DNA of 32,000 bases, from contig DAOMZT010000004.1 in NCBI GenBank assembly GCA_035400625.1, positions 1-32,000 of the forward strand, given 5' to 3'. The notes under the pieces are model-generated. The model saw nothing but the letters and a program-made list of their open reading frames with translations. It did no database searches and was not told where the DNA came from. The position numbers and the translations under genes were made by a program. The DNA is from an archaeon. GTDB lineage: Archaea > Iainarchaeota > Iainarchaeia > Iainarchaeales > CSSED10-239. Below, piece after piece: positions 17,700 through 25,375 of this stretch; position 1 is the first letter of the stretch, and the number at the start of each line of letters is the position of its first letter.

Positions 17700-19400
17700 T
17701 TAATGTGTAAACCAAAAATTAAATATTTTGTTTCCGTTTTCTGTTTTTATGGAATCTAATCTGCAAAAACCAAATCTTTCAAACTGAATAATATCTCCAA
17801 CCTTTATAGTTTCTATGTTTTTCTCTGCTAGGCCTCTTATAAGCTTATGGTCAGGGAAAAAAATGGTTGCTTGAATTGTTTGAGTATTATCTTTTGGAAG
17901 ATAATGTATTATCTTCTTTTCTCCAGAAAAGTTCTTGAAAGACAAATAATCCTCTGAGTGGAATTTGCCAGTCTTTGTTTTTGCATCATAGATAAAATTA
18001 ATATTGTCCATTAACCTTACAAGAATTTTGTCTTTAAAAGAATCTATATCTTCTTTTTCAAGAAGATACAAGCCATTTGTTTTAAAATCTCTTTTGCCAA
18101 GAGAAAGAGCAGGGTGCATCTCTAAGAAAAATGTTCTTTCCTTGTCGCCTTCTATCTTTATCTCTACTGGCTCTTTAATAAAGAAAAATCTCTTAGAGGA
18201 ATCATTTAATATTCTTTTATTATATTTGATTAAGGTATCCCATGTTAAAGTTGAGCCTGCTGCTTTTGTTATTCCACTTTCAACAACTAATTGCTTTATG
18301 GCCTCAGGAGTAAAGCCTCTCCTCTTTAATGCCCTTAAGGTTGGAAGAGATGGATCGTCCCAGCCTATCAGTTCTCCTGAATTTACTTTTTCCCTTATTA
18401 CTCTGCCACTTGATTCCATGCCTTCTAGATTAAATCTTGAAAATTCATAAGTATAAGTGTCATAAAGACCTAAAATGTTTCTAATATAATGATGAAGCTC
18501 ACTAGCCATCTCAAACTCAACTGTTCTAAATCTATGAGTAATATTGAAATAACCGTCCATAATTGGATTTTGGAAATCATACATTGGATAAATATTGTAT
18601 TTGTTTCCTATTCTCGGGTGTGGCTTATCTATTCTTCTAAATATTGTTGGGTCTCTCATCCTTGTGTTTTTATGAGACATATCTATCTTTAGGCGAAGAA
18701 CTGCTTTGCCTTCTGAATAACTTGGTAGTTCTTTCCAGTATTTTAGGTTTTCAGCAATTGTGTGATTTCTACAAGCACACTCCTCTTTTTTATTTCTTTT
18801 TTCACTTGTAACTTCTGCTGAACAAAAGCACATGTATGCCTTGTCTTCTTTTATAAGCTTCTCAGCATAAGAAACAAAAAGGTCAATGTAATCAGAAGCA
18901 TACTGAACGCCATCCCATTTAACACCTAGCCAGCCAATATCTTCAAGCATGATATCATAAAACTCAGGTAAAACATTTTCTGGGTTTGTGTCTTCAAATC
19001 TTAAGTAAAATTTGCCATTGTATTTTTCAGATAAGAGATAATTTAATAGAATTGCTTTTGCATGACCTATATGATAATATTTCTCTGGGCTCGGAGGAAA
19101 AGCACTAATTACTTTATCTCCTTTTTTGATGTTTAAAAATGCAAAAATGTCTCTTTCTACCTTGTCTTTTTTTTCAAAAAAGTCAGGGTTTAATTTTTCA
19201 AGCTCTTGCTTTTGTTTCTCTAAATCTAAAGAGTTGATTTCGGCAACAAGATTGTCCAAGATTTCGTGCAATTCTTTTTGCTTTGTTTTATATTCTGGAA
19301 TGTTTGCAAGCACACTACCAAATACAAACTTCTTATTTGCCTTGCCCTTATATTTAACAGCATTCTCTAAAACTAACTGTCTTATGTTATTATTTGACAT
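17700..19400 (-). CDS. gltX: Glutamyl-tRNA synthetase, archaeal/eukaryotic type
   Basis: HIGH motif PEKYYHIGHAKA, class-I GlxRS signature LRFEDTNPE, plus YPMYDF and HRFRT segments. Confidence 0.92.
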   Translation of the reverse strand: MSNNNIRQLVLENAVKYKGKANKKFVFGSVLANIPEYKTKQKELHEILDNLVAEINSLDLEKQKQELEKLNPDFFEKKDKVERDIFAFLNIKKGDKVISAFPPSPEKYYHIGHAKAILLNYLLSEKYNGKFYLRFEDTNPENVLPEFYDIMLEDIGWLGVKWDGVQYASDYIDLFVSYAEKLIKEDKAYMCFCSAEVTSEKRNKKEECACRNHTIAENLKYWKELPSYSEGKAVLRLKIDMSHKNTRMRDPTIFRRIDKPHPRIGNKYNIYPMYDFQNPIMDGYFNITHRFRTVEFEMASELHHYIRNILGLYDTYTYEFSRFNLEGMESSGRVIREKVNSGELIGWDDPSLPTLRALKRRGFTPEAIKQLVVESGITKAAGSTLTWDTLIKYNKRILNDSSKRFFFIKEPVEIKIEGDKERTFFLEMHPALSLGKRDFKTNGLYLLEKEDIDSFKDKILVRLMDNINFIYDAKTKTGKFHSEDYLSFKNFSGEKKIIHYLPKDNTQTIQATIFFPDHKLIRGLAEKNIETIKVGDIIQFERFGFCRLDSIKTENGNKIFNFWFTH

Positions 19401-19414
19401 ATTTATCAGGTTAT

Positions 19415-20440
19415 TTACGGGTACGCTTCTTTAATCAATTGCTCTTTTCCTTTCATTTTCTCTCTAATTGGAGAGAGTAGTTTGTCTATTTCAATTGCTA
19501 CACCATCCTTCAAATCCATTGGATGAAGTTGCTTTGAAACAAATGCTTTTTCTAATTCATCGGCGGTTTTAAATTTTAATGGACCACCCCACTTCTCTGG
19601 TCTATTAATTATGAAATCTTCGTTATTGTCTTGCTTCTGAGTCATAATTATGGTTTTTGCAAAATCCATTATACCATTATTAGAATCACCCTCTGGACAA
19701 TATGCAGATTTTAATTTATCTTGGATTGTTTTTAGATCATCAAGCAAATCAATCTTTGAATTTTGAACAGAAGAAGACATTTTTCCATCTTGTGTTAAGG
19801 CTTTCATTAATGGAAACATCACCTCTATTCTTGATTGATATCCAAGTTTAGGTAAAAACTCTCTTGCAAGGACCATAATCTTTCTTTGATCCACTCCACC
19901 TAGCTGAGCATCAACACCTAGATATTGCTCATCAAGTGCCTGCAATAATGGATATAACAATCCAGATAACATTGGATTATCTCCCATCTTTACAACATCG
20001 CTTGCAGCCTTTGTTGAATTTCTAACAGATACATAACTCGACATTTTGTATAAATCCATTATATATTCTTTATTTAATTGATAACTTGATCCTTTTATTA
20101 TTTCTATATTGCCTTTTATGCCACCTAATGATTCAATCATTGATGGAATTACAATATTATAATATTCGCATCTTTTATTTAATAATTCCCAAGGTGTATT
20201 ATCTAAAGCCCCATGAATATCAGCAATTAAAACCTTGATTTTAAATCCTGCTTTTGAAAAATCAGCAAGTTTTTGTGCCCAACAGAAATAACCTATGTGT
20301 GGTCTTCCGGTTGTCGCTGTTCCGATATATATACTTGGATTTTGTTTTGTTCTTAAAATATTAAGAAGCTCTTCTTCAGTTAATATCTCCGAAGTGTTTC
20401 TTTTGATTAATTCTAATTTTTCTTCTATTGTTAGTGTCAT
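19415..20440 (-). CDS. tyrS: Tyrosyl-tRNA synthetase, archaeal type
   Basis: Colinear with Methanocaldococcus-type TyrRS: IKRNTSEI, GRPHIGY (HIGH), YLGVDAQLGGVDQRKI, GKMSSS (KMSKS), AYCP, RPEKWGG and LHPMDLK. Confidence 0.93.
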   Translation of the reverse strand: MTLTIEEKLELIKRNTSEILTEEELLNILRTKQNPSIYIGTATTGRPHIGYFCWAQKLADFSKAGFKIKVLIADIHGALDNTPWELLNKRCEYYNIVIPSMIESLGGIKGNIEIIKGSSYQLNKEYIMDLYKMSSYVSVRNSTKAASDVVKMGDNPMLSGLLYPLLQALDEQYLGVDAQLGGVDQRKIMVLAREFLPKLGYQSRIEVMFPLMKALTQDGKMSSSVQNSKIDLLDDLKTIQDKLKSAYCPEGDSNNGIMDFAKTIIMTQKQDNNEDFIINRPEKWGGPLKFKTADELEKAFVSKQLHPMDLKDGVAIEIDKLLSPIREKMKGKEQLIKEAYP

Positions 20441-20469
20441 AATTAACCATTTTTGATTTGTATTAATTT

Positions 20470-20712
20470 TTAAAATCTATATTCTTCAAAAAATAATTTT
20501 ATTAAATATATTACAGCAAATGCAAATATTAATTTTAAAACAAATGCCCATAATGTTAATATGGTAAAAGAGTTCATCACAGAAATAAAACCAATGATTG
20601 CAATTACTAGAATCGCATAGATAAATATTGTTGAAAAGGTGTGTGTTTTAAAGTAACGACAAGTAAATATTTCTGTATACCAAGAAAGTGGTTTTGATTC
20701 GCTTAATTGCAT
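20470..20712 (-). CDS. Small hypothetical membrane protein (2 predicted TMs)
   Basis: An ORF with two hydrophobic helices (IFIYAILVIAIIGFI and LTLWAFVLKLIFAFAVIYLI). No recognisable family. Confidence 0.4.
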   Translation of the reverse strand: MQLSESKPLSWYTEIFTCRYFKTHTFSTIFIYAILVIAIIGFISVMNSFTILTLWAFVLKLIFAFAVIYLIKLFFEEYRF

Positions 20713-20750
20713 ATATAATATAAGTTAGATTATATATAAAAATAGGTTGT

Positions 20751-21083
20751 TTATCTAACTTTAGAAATAATATGGTCTATTTTTTGTTTAAGCTGAGGCT
20801 TTGGCTCAAATCCTATGATTCTGCCAATTTCTCCCCCTCTTTTCATAATCACAATGCAAGGAACTTCATCAATTTTAAACATTGTAGAAATTGGTTTGTT
20901 TTCTTCGCTATTTATTTTTAAAAATTTTACTTTATTATCATACTCATTACTCAATTCCTCAAAAATAAGGTTAAGGGATCTTGATGGCCCTGATAACGTT
21001 TCCCAAAAATATATAACTACAGGTACATCTGATTCTACAACTTCTTCCTCAAAATTGTGTCTATTACAAAGTATTACTGTCAT
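20751..21083 (-). CDS. Thioredoxin-fold protein with the active-site cysteines replaced (SGPS instead of CGPC)
   Basis: Aligns end to end with classical thioredoxin: VVIYFWETLSGPSRSL against LVDFWAEWCGPCKMI, with the cis-Pro region EVPCIVI against GIPTLLL. The ATG at 21083 follows an AAGGA and a TATAAATATA box, and the 16 upstream track codons cover that promoter-like sequence. Confidence 0.8.
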   Translation of the reverse strand: MTVILCNRHNFEEEVVESDVPVVIYFWETLSGPSRSLNLIFEELSNEYDNKVKFLKINSEENKPISTMFKIDEVPCIVIMKRGGEIGRIIGFEPKPQLKQKIDHIISKVR

Positions 21084-21204
21084 TTGTCTTTTCCTTGTTT
21101 TATATTTATAAGATAATAAATATAAAATCATTTATATTAAAAAACTTACTATTTTAAGTAAAATTAAGTTTTTTAGGTACAAAAATAAAAATAAGAAAGG
21201 ATTC

Positions 21205-21348
21205 TTATCTGAATCCTTTAAATCTATAGTCTTTAACTTTTGGAGGTTCGTTATTACACTTTAAGCAAAGCTCTTCTCCACTATCTTCATCTATTCTGTG
21301 TCTTGTTACATTTTTACAAAAAGAACACATCTTTGTTTCATATTTCAT
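21205..21348 (-). CDS. 47-aa zinc-ribbon micro-protein (CxxC...CxxC)
   Basis: Below the track threshold; hand translation gives MKYETKMCSFCKNVTRHRIDEDSGEELCLKCNNEPPKVKDYRFKGFR*. GTGAT lies 5 nt upstream of the ATG. The stop sits in the hairpin GGATTC-ttatct-GAATCC. Confidence 0.5.
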   Translation of the reverse strand: MKYETKMCSFCKNVTRHRIDEDSGEELCLKCNNEPPKVKDYRFKGFR

Positions 21349-21576
21349 GTTTTATCACGATTTATTCATTCAATTAATAAATTTCAAATTTTGATATTTG
21401 AAATATATTAGTTTATATATATTCTATGAAAAGAAAGATTTAAAATCACACTTTTTTGAAAATTCAGGGTGTTTGATTTAAAAAAACAAGTCTGATAAGA
21501 AGAGCTTAATAAAAATAAAAAGAATAAGAAAAAAATAAAAAAACAAATCAAAAAAATAAATCCATTAGTTTAAGAT

Positions 21577-21678
21577 TTATTTCTTCTTCTTTGTTGTTTT
21601 CTTTTTAGTTGTTGTTTTCTTTGCTGTTTTCTTTACTGTTGTTTTCTTTGCTACTGCTTTCTTTTTCTTTACTGCCAT
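21577..21678 (-). CDS. 33-aa lysine/threonine-rich highly basic micro-protein (histone-H1-tail-like composition)
   Basis: Hand translation gives MAVKKKKAVAKKTTVKKTAKKTTTKKKTTKKKK*. A strong GGGGTGA lies 7 nt upstream of the ATG and an AT-rich TATA-like box lies ~45-55 nt upstream. Caveat: this is a low-complexity purine-rich tract in an AT-rich genome. Confidence 0.35.
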   Translation of the reverse strand: MAVKKKKAVAKKTTVKKTAKKTTTKKKTTKKKK

Positions 21679-21906
21679 TTTTCTTTCACCCCTTTTTAAC
21701 TTTTCCTTCCCCTTACGGAAAAAATATTATATATTAATTATGATACAACAGATATATAAAGGTTTTTGTTCTCTCACACATGAATTGTTTTTCATGTTTT
21801 CCGGCAGACAAATGAAAAAAACAACATGTTTGCGAACGCAGGAAAATACTGATGTTGGCGAGCCACTCAAAAACACATGAAAATACCTACATATCTACTT
21901 TACTTG

Positions 21907-21965
21907 AGAAAAAGAAAAGAAAAAAAGAAAAAAAACGTTTCTTAACGAAATAAAAGAAAAAATAA
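21907..21965 (-). terminator. Oligo-T-rich terminator region downstream of ndk
   Basis: The minus strand reads tttttcttttatttcgttaagaaacgttttttttctttttttcttttctttttct immediately after the ndk stop. Multiple T5-T8 runs are typical archaeal termination signals, and there is a small CGTT/AACG hairpin. Confidence 0.4.
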
Positions 21966-21976
21966 TTTTTTAAAAA

Positions 21977-22438
21977 CTATTTTTCATCTTCTGCATAGAT
22001 GAAATTAAAATCAATTTTTTCATAATCAAACAATTCATGGTCTTTAAAAAATCTTGCAATTTCTATGTCTGCAGAAACCAAAGAATCAGATGCATGAACA
22101 ACATTACATTGCCCACTTAAAGAATAATCTCCTCTTATTGTTCCGGGTGCTGCTTCATATCCTCTTGTAACACCGCAAATTGCTCTAACAACAGTAACTG
22201 CATTATTGCCCTCAAGAACACAAAGAATTGATGGAGCACTTTTCATAAATTTTTTTATTCTTGGAAAAAATGGTTTGTTCTTTAGATGAGAATAATGCTC
22301 GTCTAATAAATTATCATTAAGAAACATCATTTTCATACCCACCACTTTTAATCCTTTTCTTTCAAAAACATGAAGAATTTCTCCAACAAGTGCTCTATTA
22401 AGTGCATCTGGCTTAAAAATTACCAACGTTCTTTCCAT
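21977..22438 (-). CDS. ndk: Nucleoside diphosphate kinase
   Basis: ERTLVIFKPDA, the GTIRGD region and the catalytic-His motif NVVHASDS. Confidence 0.93.
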   Translation of the reverse strand: MERTLVIFKPDALNRALVGEILHVFERKGLKVVGMKMMFLNDNLLDEHYSHLKNKPFFPRIKKFMKSAPSILCVLEGNNAVTVVRAICGVTRGYEAAPGTIRGDYSLSGQCNVVHASDSLVSADIEIARFFKDHELFDYEKIDFNFIYAEDEK

Positions 22439-22453
22439 TATATTTCATCTCCT

Positions 22454-23650
22454 TTATTTTTTTTCTAAAATGTAAATTTTTCTATTGATTTTTGAACCAC
22501 TTGGCGTGGCATATGCTATAGGGTTTTGCAATTCCAATTTTGGATTTAATGAAGAAACATCAACTAAAGAAAACCCATTTCTTTCATAGACTCTTCTATC
22601 TATAGAAATTACTTTATTATCATAAGTTTTAAAATCTGGCAATATACACACTACCCTTACTTTTTTTGGAAGATTGCTATTAAGGTTTAGAAAGACATCA
22701 TAATAAATACCATTCAATTCCTTAACAATAGTCTTTGCTTTCTCTAGATTAAGTGCTTTCTTTAAGAAAGGACCCATATATGGTTCAAAAACACAAGCAT
22801 CTGCAGAGAATTTTGTTTTTGCAGAGTTGCCTTGCATTATTTTATAGCCCCTCCCTGACAATTTAAATTCCTTAATCGCCCAAGAAACATTCTTATTGCT
22901 AGCTTCGATCATTTCTTTACTATTGTCTATGCCAATAACATTATAATTTTTAATAAGCCCCTCAATCAAGAAGGTGCCTGTACCACAGAATGGATCAACT
23001 ATTGTTTTTCCTTTTGATAACCCTAAAAGATTAATCATAATTGAAACAAGTCTAAAAGAGGTGTTATACATCTCCTTTATTACTGGTCTATTCTTGTCCT
23101 TAAAAATATTATCTTTAGGATTAAAACAAGATATTGTCTTTGCAAAATAAAATTTGTTATTAAACTTAACAACAAAAAGTTCCAGACCTTCATTTATCTT
23201 CCAAGAAAAGTAATTGTCTGGATTTGCAATGTAATTTACGCCTTCTTTTGATTTCTTCTTTGAATGTGTTATTGGCTTTTTATAAACTGCTTTTACTCTC
23301 TCTTCTTTAAATTCTTGCTTAAGAAGATCTTCAACAACATCTAATTCTTCTTCTGATACATCAATTGTTGAAATCGTATAATTAAACTTTTTTGGGCTGT
23401 TAAAATCAAGTTTGTTTATTATCTCCCTATTAGATTTAATTTTAGAAGTCTCTAGATAAACCTTTGATACTCTAACAAGCCCACCAAGCTCTTTAGTTAA
23501 TTTCTCAAAATTATGTTCTTTATTAAAATCAAGAATAAGATATTTTTCAGAATTAACAATAACAGAATAAGAGATATTATGTTTGTGCAAATAAACTGCA
23601 ATTTCTAATTTTGAAAGAGTTTTATCTCTTCCAAGAAGGAATAGATACAT
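22454..23650 (-). CDS. Trm11/TrmG10-family (COG1041-like) RNA methyltransferase homologue
   Basis: The N-terminal LGRDKTLSKLEI pattern and SAM motif I VDPFCGTGTFLIEG are present. The motif IV position reads FEPYMG (nt 22772-22786) rather than DPPYG. Confidence 0.65.
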   Translation of the reverse strand: MYLFLLGRDKTLSKLEIAVYLHKHNISYSVIVNSEKYLILDFNKEHNFEKLTKELGGLVRVSKVYLETSKIKSNREIINKLDFNSPKKFNYTISTIDVSEEELDVVEDLLKQEFKEERVKAVYKKPITHSKKKSKEGVNYIANPDNYFSWKINEGLELFVVKFNNKFYFAKTISCFNPKDNIFKDKNRPVIKEMYNTSFRLVSIMINLLGLSKGKTIVDPFCGTGTFLIEGLIKNYNVIGIDNSKEMIEASNKNVSWAIKEFKLSGRGYKIMQGNSAKTKFSADACVFEPYMGPFLKKALNLEKAKTIVKELNGIYYDVFLNLNSNLPKKVRVVCILPDFKTYDNKVISIDRRVYERNGFSLVDVSSLNPKLELQNPIAYATPSGSKINRKIYILEKK

Positions 23651-23714
23651 ATTTTTTCATTTGAAAAATATATTTTTTAAATAAAAATAAAAGAAAATAA
23701 GAAAAAGTAAAAAA

Positions 23715-24482
23715 CTACTTTTTCTTTGCAGGAGTAGCACCCTTACCTGCTGGAGCAGCACCCTTACCTGCTGGAGCAGCACCCTTACCTGCTGGAGTAG
23801 CACCCTTACCTGCTGGAGCAGCACCCTTGCCTGCTGGAGCTGCACCCTTGCCTGCTGGAGCAACAACTGCTTCTGCTTCTTTAGCAGCAGCTTCTGCTTC
23901 TTTAGCTTTTGCTCTTCTTTTTCTTACAGTTCCAACTGACTTTAAGTTGCTCTTGTTCTTTTCAACAATAACTTTCATTTTACATGGAAACTTAGAATCC
24001 ATTCTCTCAAATAATTCTTTAACCATTTTTACATTTGCTTCATCAACAAGAACACTATAGATCTTCTGACCTTTTCTTACTCTTGATGCCCTTCCAACAA
24101 CCTTACCAAAAGGACATTGACTCATTCCTGTTTGAATTCTATCAGCGTGTGCACCTTGTGCTTGTTTATTTTCTCTTAAGAAAAATTGAGGATAAACTCT
24201 TACTTTCATATAATAGTTTGTAGCAGTTAATTTCTTGTTTAGTTGTCTTACAACACTTTGTCTTACTGCTTCAATAGCATTATCCCTAATCTGTACTTTA
24301 TCCATAGTTACATAGTGTACAACATGAGTATATTCTCTAGTTCCTGTACCCATATGGAACTGTCTAATCCTCATTCCAGGTACACCACCAACAAAATTCT
24401 TTTTATGAACCTTTACTGCCACTCTTGTGTATGCTCTTTTGTTTACTTTTGGACAATAACAATGTCCTGGTCTTAATCCCAT
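23715..24482 (-). CDS. rpl10e: Ribosomal protein L10e (uL16) with a ~75-aa repetitive Ala/Pro/Gly/Lys C-terminal extension
   Basis: MGLRPGHCYCPKVNKRAYTRV...RIRQFHMG...QGAHADRIQTGM... is diagnostic of L10e. GGTGA lies upstream of the ATG. The tail is KEAEAAAKEAEAVV(APAGKGA)n...PAKKK. Confidence 0.93.
   Translation of the reverse strand: MGLRPGHCYCPKVNKRAYTRVAVKVHKKNFVGGVPGMRIRQFHMGTGTREYTHVVHYVTMDKVQIRDNAIEAVRQSVVRQLNKKLTATNYYMKVRVYPQFFLRENKQAQGAHADRIQTGMSQCPFGKVVGRASRVRKGQKIYSVLVDEANVKMVKELFERMDSKFPCKMKVIVEKNKSNLKSVGTVRKRRAKAKEAEAAAKEAEAVVAPAGKGAAPAGKGAAPAGKGATPAGKGAAPAGKGAAPAGKGATPAKKK
23727..23861 (-). repeat. Six full units plus one partial unit of a 21-nt tandem repeat, in frame in the 3' end of rpl10e
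   Basis: Unit agcacccttacctgctggagc at 23736, 23757, 23778, 23799, 23820 and 23841, with only 1-2 substitutions per unit. It encodes xPAGKGA heptads. An adjacent 18-nt duplication (gcttctgcttctttagca, ~23868-23903) encodes KEAEAA. Confidence 0.9.
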
Positions 24483-24699
24483 TTTATTTCACCTTTATTA
24501 AAAAAATAGATAAAATTGTCGAAATTTATCTTTGCTATATATAAATATATTTATATAGAAACATATTTAAATAAAACATTTTAATAAATTTTAAAAAACT
24601 AGAATCTAGAAAGGAAAAAGAGAGCCTTAAAAAAAGACCCCCTTTCTCTTTATCATTTCTTTTGGGGAAAGAAAAGTTTTTGGGGTAAAATACCTCAAA

Positions 24700-24736
24700 A
24701 ATATAATATAAGAAAGAAAAGAACAGGGACCTGTTC
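24700..24736 (-). terminator. Hairpin plus T-tract (intrinsic-terminator-like) oriented for minus-strand transcription
   Basis: A perfect 7+2+7 palindrome GAACAGG-GA-CCTGTTC at 24721-24736 is followed on the minus strand by ttttctttctt. It lies ~220 nt downstream of the DUF192 stop, inside a 470-nt gap with no convincing ORF. Confidence 0.35.
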
Positions 24737-24953
24737 TGGTAAACAGTATGTTTCTCTTCTTCCTCTTTTCTGCCTTGTATTTTATTCTTTGTGGAATTTG
24801 GTAATAGATTAACTGTATATCTTATAGCCCTAAAATCTTTATATATACTACCGGGTAGTTTTTCCAAACCTAAACAAGAAAAAGGGTTTGATTTGTGAAA
24901 TATACATAATAATTGATTTATTTTTTTGAGGTTTTTGGCTATTTTTTGTAAAT

Positions 24954-25304
24954 TTACCAATTTAGCCTATCCCCTATAGAATAAAATTTTTTACCATATT
25001 TTATAGGGAGTTCTATAATATAACGACATTTTTTCATAGGTCTAGTCATCTGCCAAGGTTTAAGCCCAAATTTGAGATCTATAATCTTCTTATTAGAATC
25101 CAAAAACAAGACATTTATTGGAAAAAACACAAAAAACATGTGTATGCTTGCACCAACTTTTGTCTCTCTTTCAAGATCAAAAATCAGACCATAATCAAAA
25201 TTCTTCTCTTTAGAAAACATCAGACCTTTAGCTCTACTAAATATATTATCTGCAATTTTATGAGATGCAATAATATTCTTTTTCTGTGAGATGTTTTTAA
25301 TCAT
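24954..25304 (-). CDS. DUF192 (COG1430) family protein
   Basis: Matches the family pattern RAKGLMFSKE...GLIFDL....SIHMFFVFFPINVLFLDSNKKIIDL...YIIELP...GD. Confidence 0.7.
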   Translation of the reverse strand: MIKNISQKKNIIASHKIADNIFSRAKGLMFSKEKNFDYGLIFDLERETKVGASIHMFFVFFPINVLFLDSNKKIIDLKFGLKPWQMTRPMKKCRYIIELPIKYGKKFYSIGDRLNW

Positions 25305-25375
25305 ATTAAATCCTTACATTTTAATTATAACCTCAAAATTAATAACATTATTTAATTTCCCGTTTTTTACTAATC

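Noticed and set aside
18004-18450. 148-aa plus-strand ORF, and similar antisense ORFs (3237-3587, 4240-4572, 6077-6403, 6755-7126, 13893-14147, 15492-15773, 19126-19434, 20815-21111, 23827-24476, 25581-25799, 27444-27650, 31177-31416)
   Set aside because: All lie fully inside, and antisense or out of frame to, genes with strong family signatures. None has a recognisable motif.
23727-23861. Possible CRISPR-like or minisatellite array
   Set aside because: The units are contiguous 21-mers with no spacers, are in frame, and lie inside a conserved gene. This is a coding tandem repeat, not a CRISPR array. No cas genes are in the window.
23657-23866. 69-aa ORF with QQARVLLQQVRVLL repeats
   Set aside because: It is an alternative frame of the 21-nt tandem repeat at the 3' end of rpl10e. 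The L10e frame is continuous with a strongly conserved body, so this ORF is a by-product of the repeat.
24599-24609. CTAGAATCTAG motif sharing a 10-mer (CTAGAATCTA / TAGATTCTAG) with 30411-30420 in another promoter-containing spacer
   Set aside because: A single shared 10-mer among ~64,000 positions on both strands in low-complexity AT-rich DNA is within chance expectation, and there is no third copy. This is too weak to call a regulatory motif.
24535-24960. 141-aa minus-strand ORF in the DUF192-rpl10e gap
   Set aside because: It has a TTG start that overlaps the DUF192 stop, no RBS, and a low-complexity Phe/Lys/Leu-rich translation. It spans the hairpin/T-tract and the rpl10e promoter-like DNA. 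I treat the region as non-coding and report it as a finding instead.
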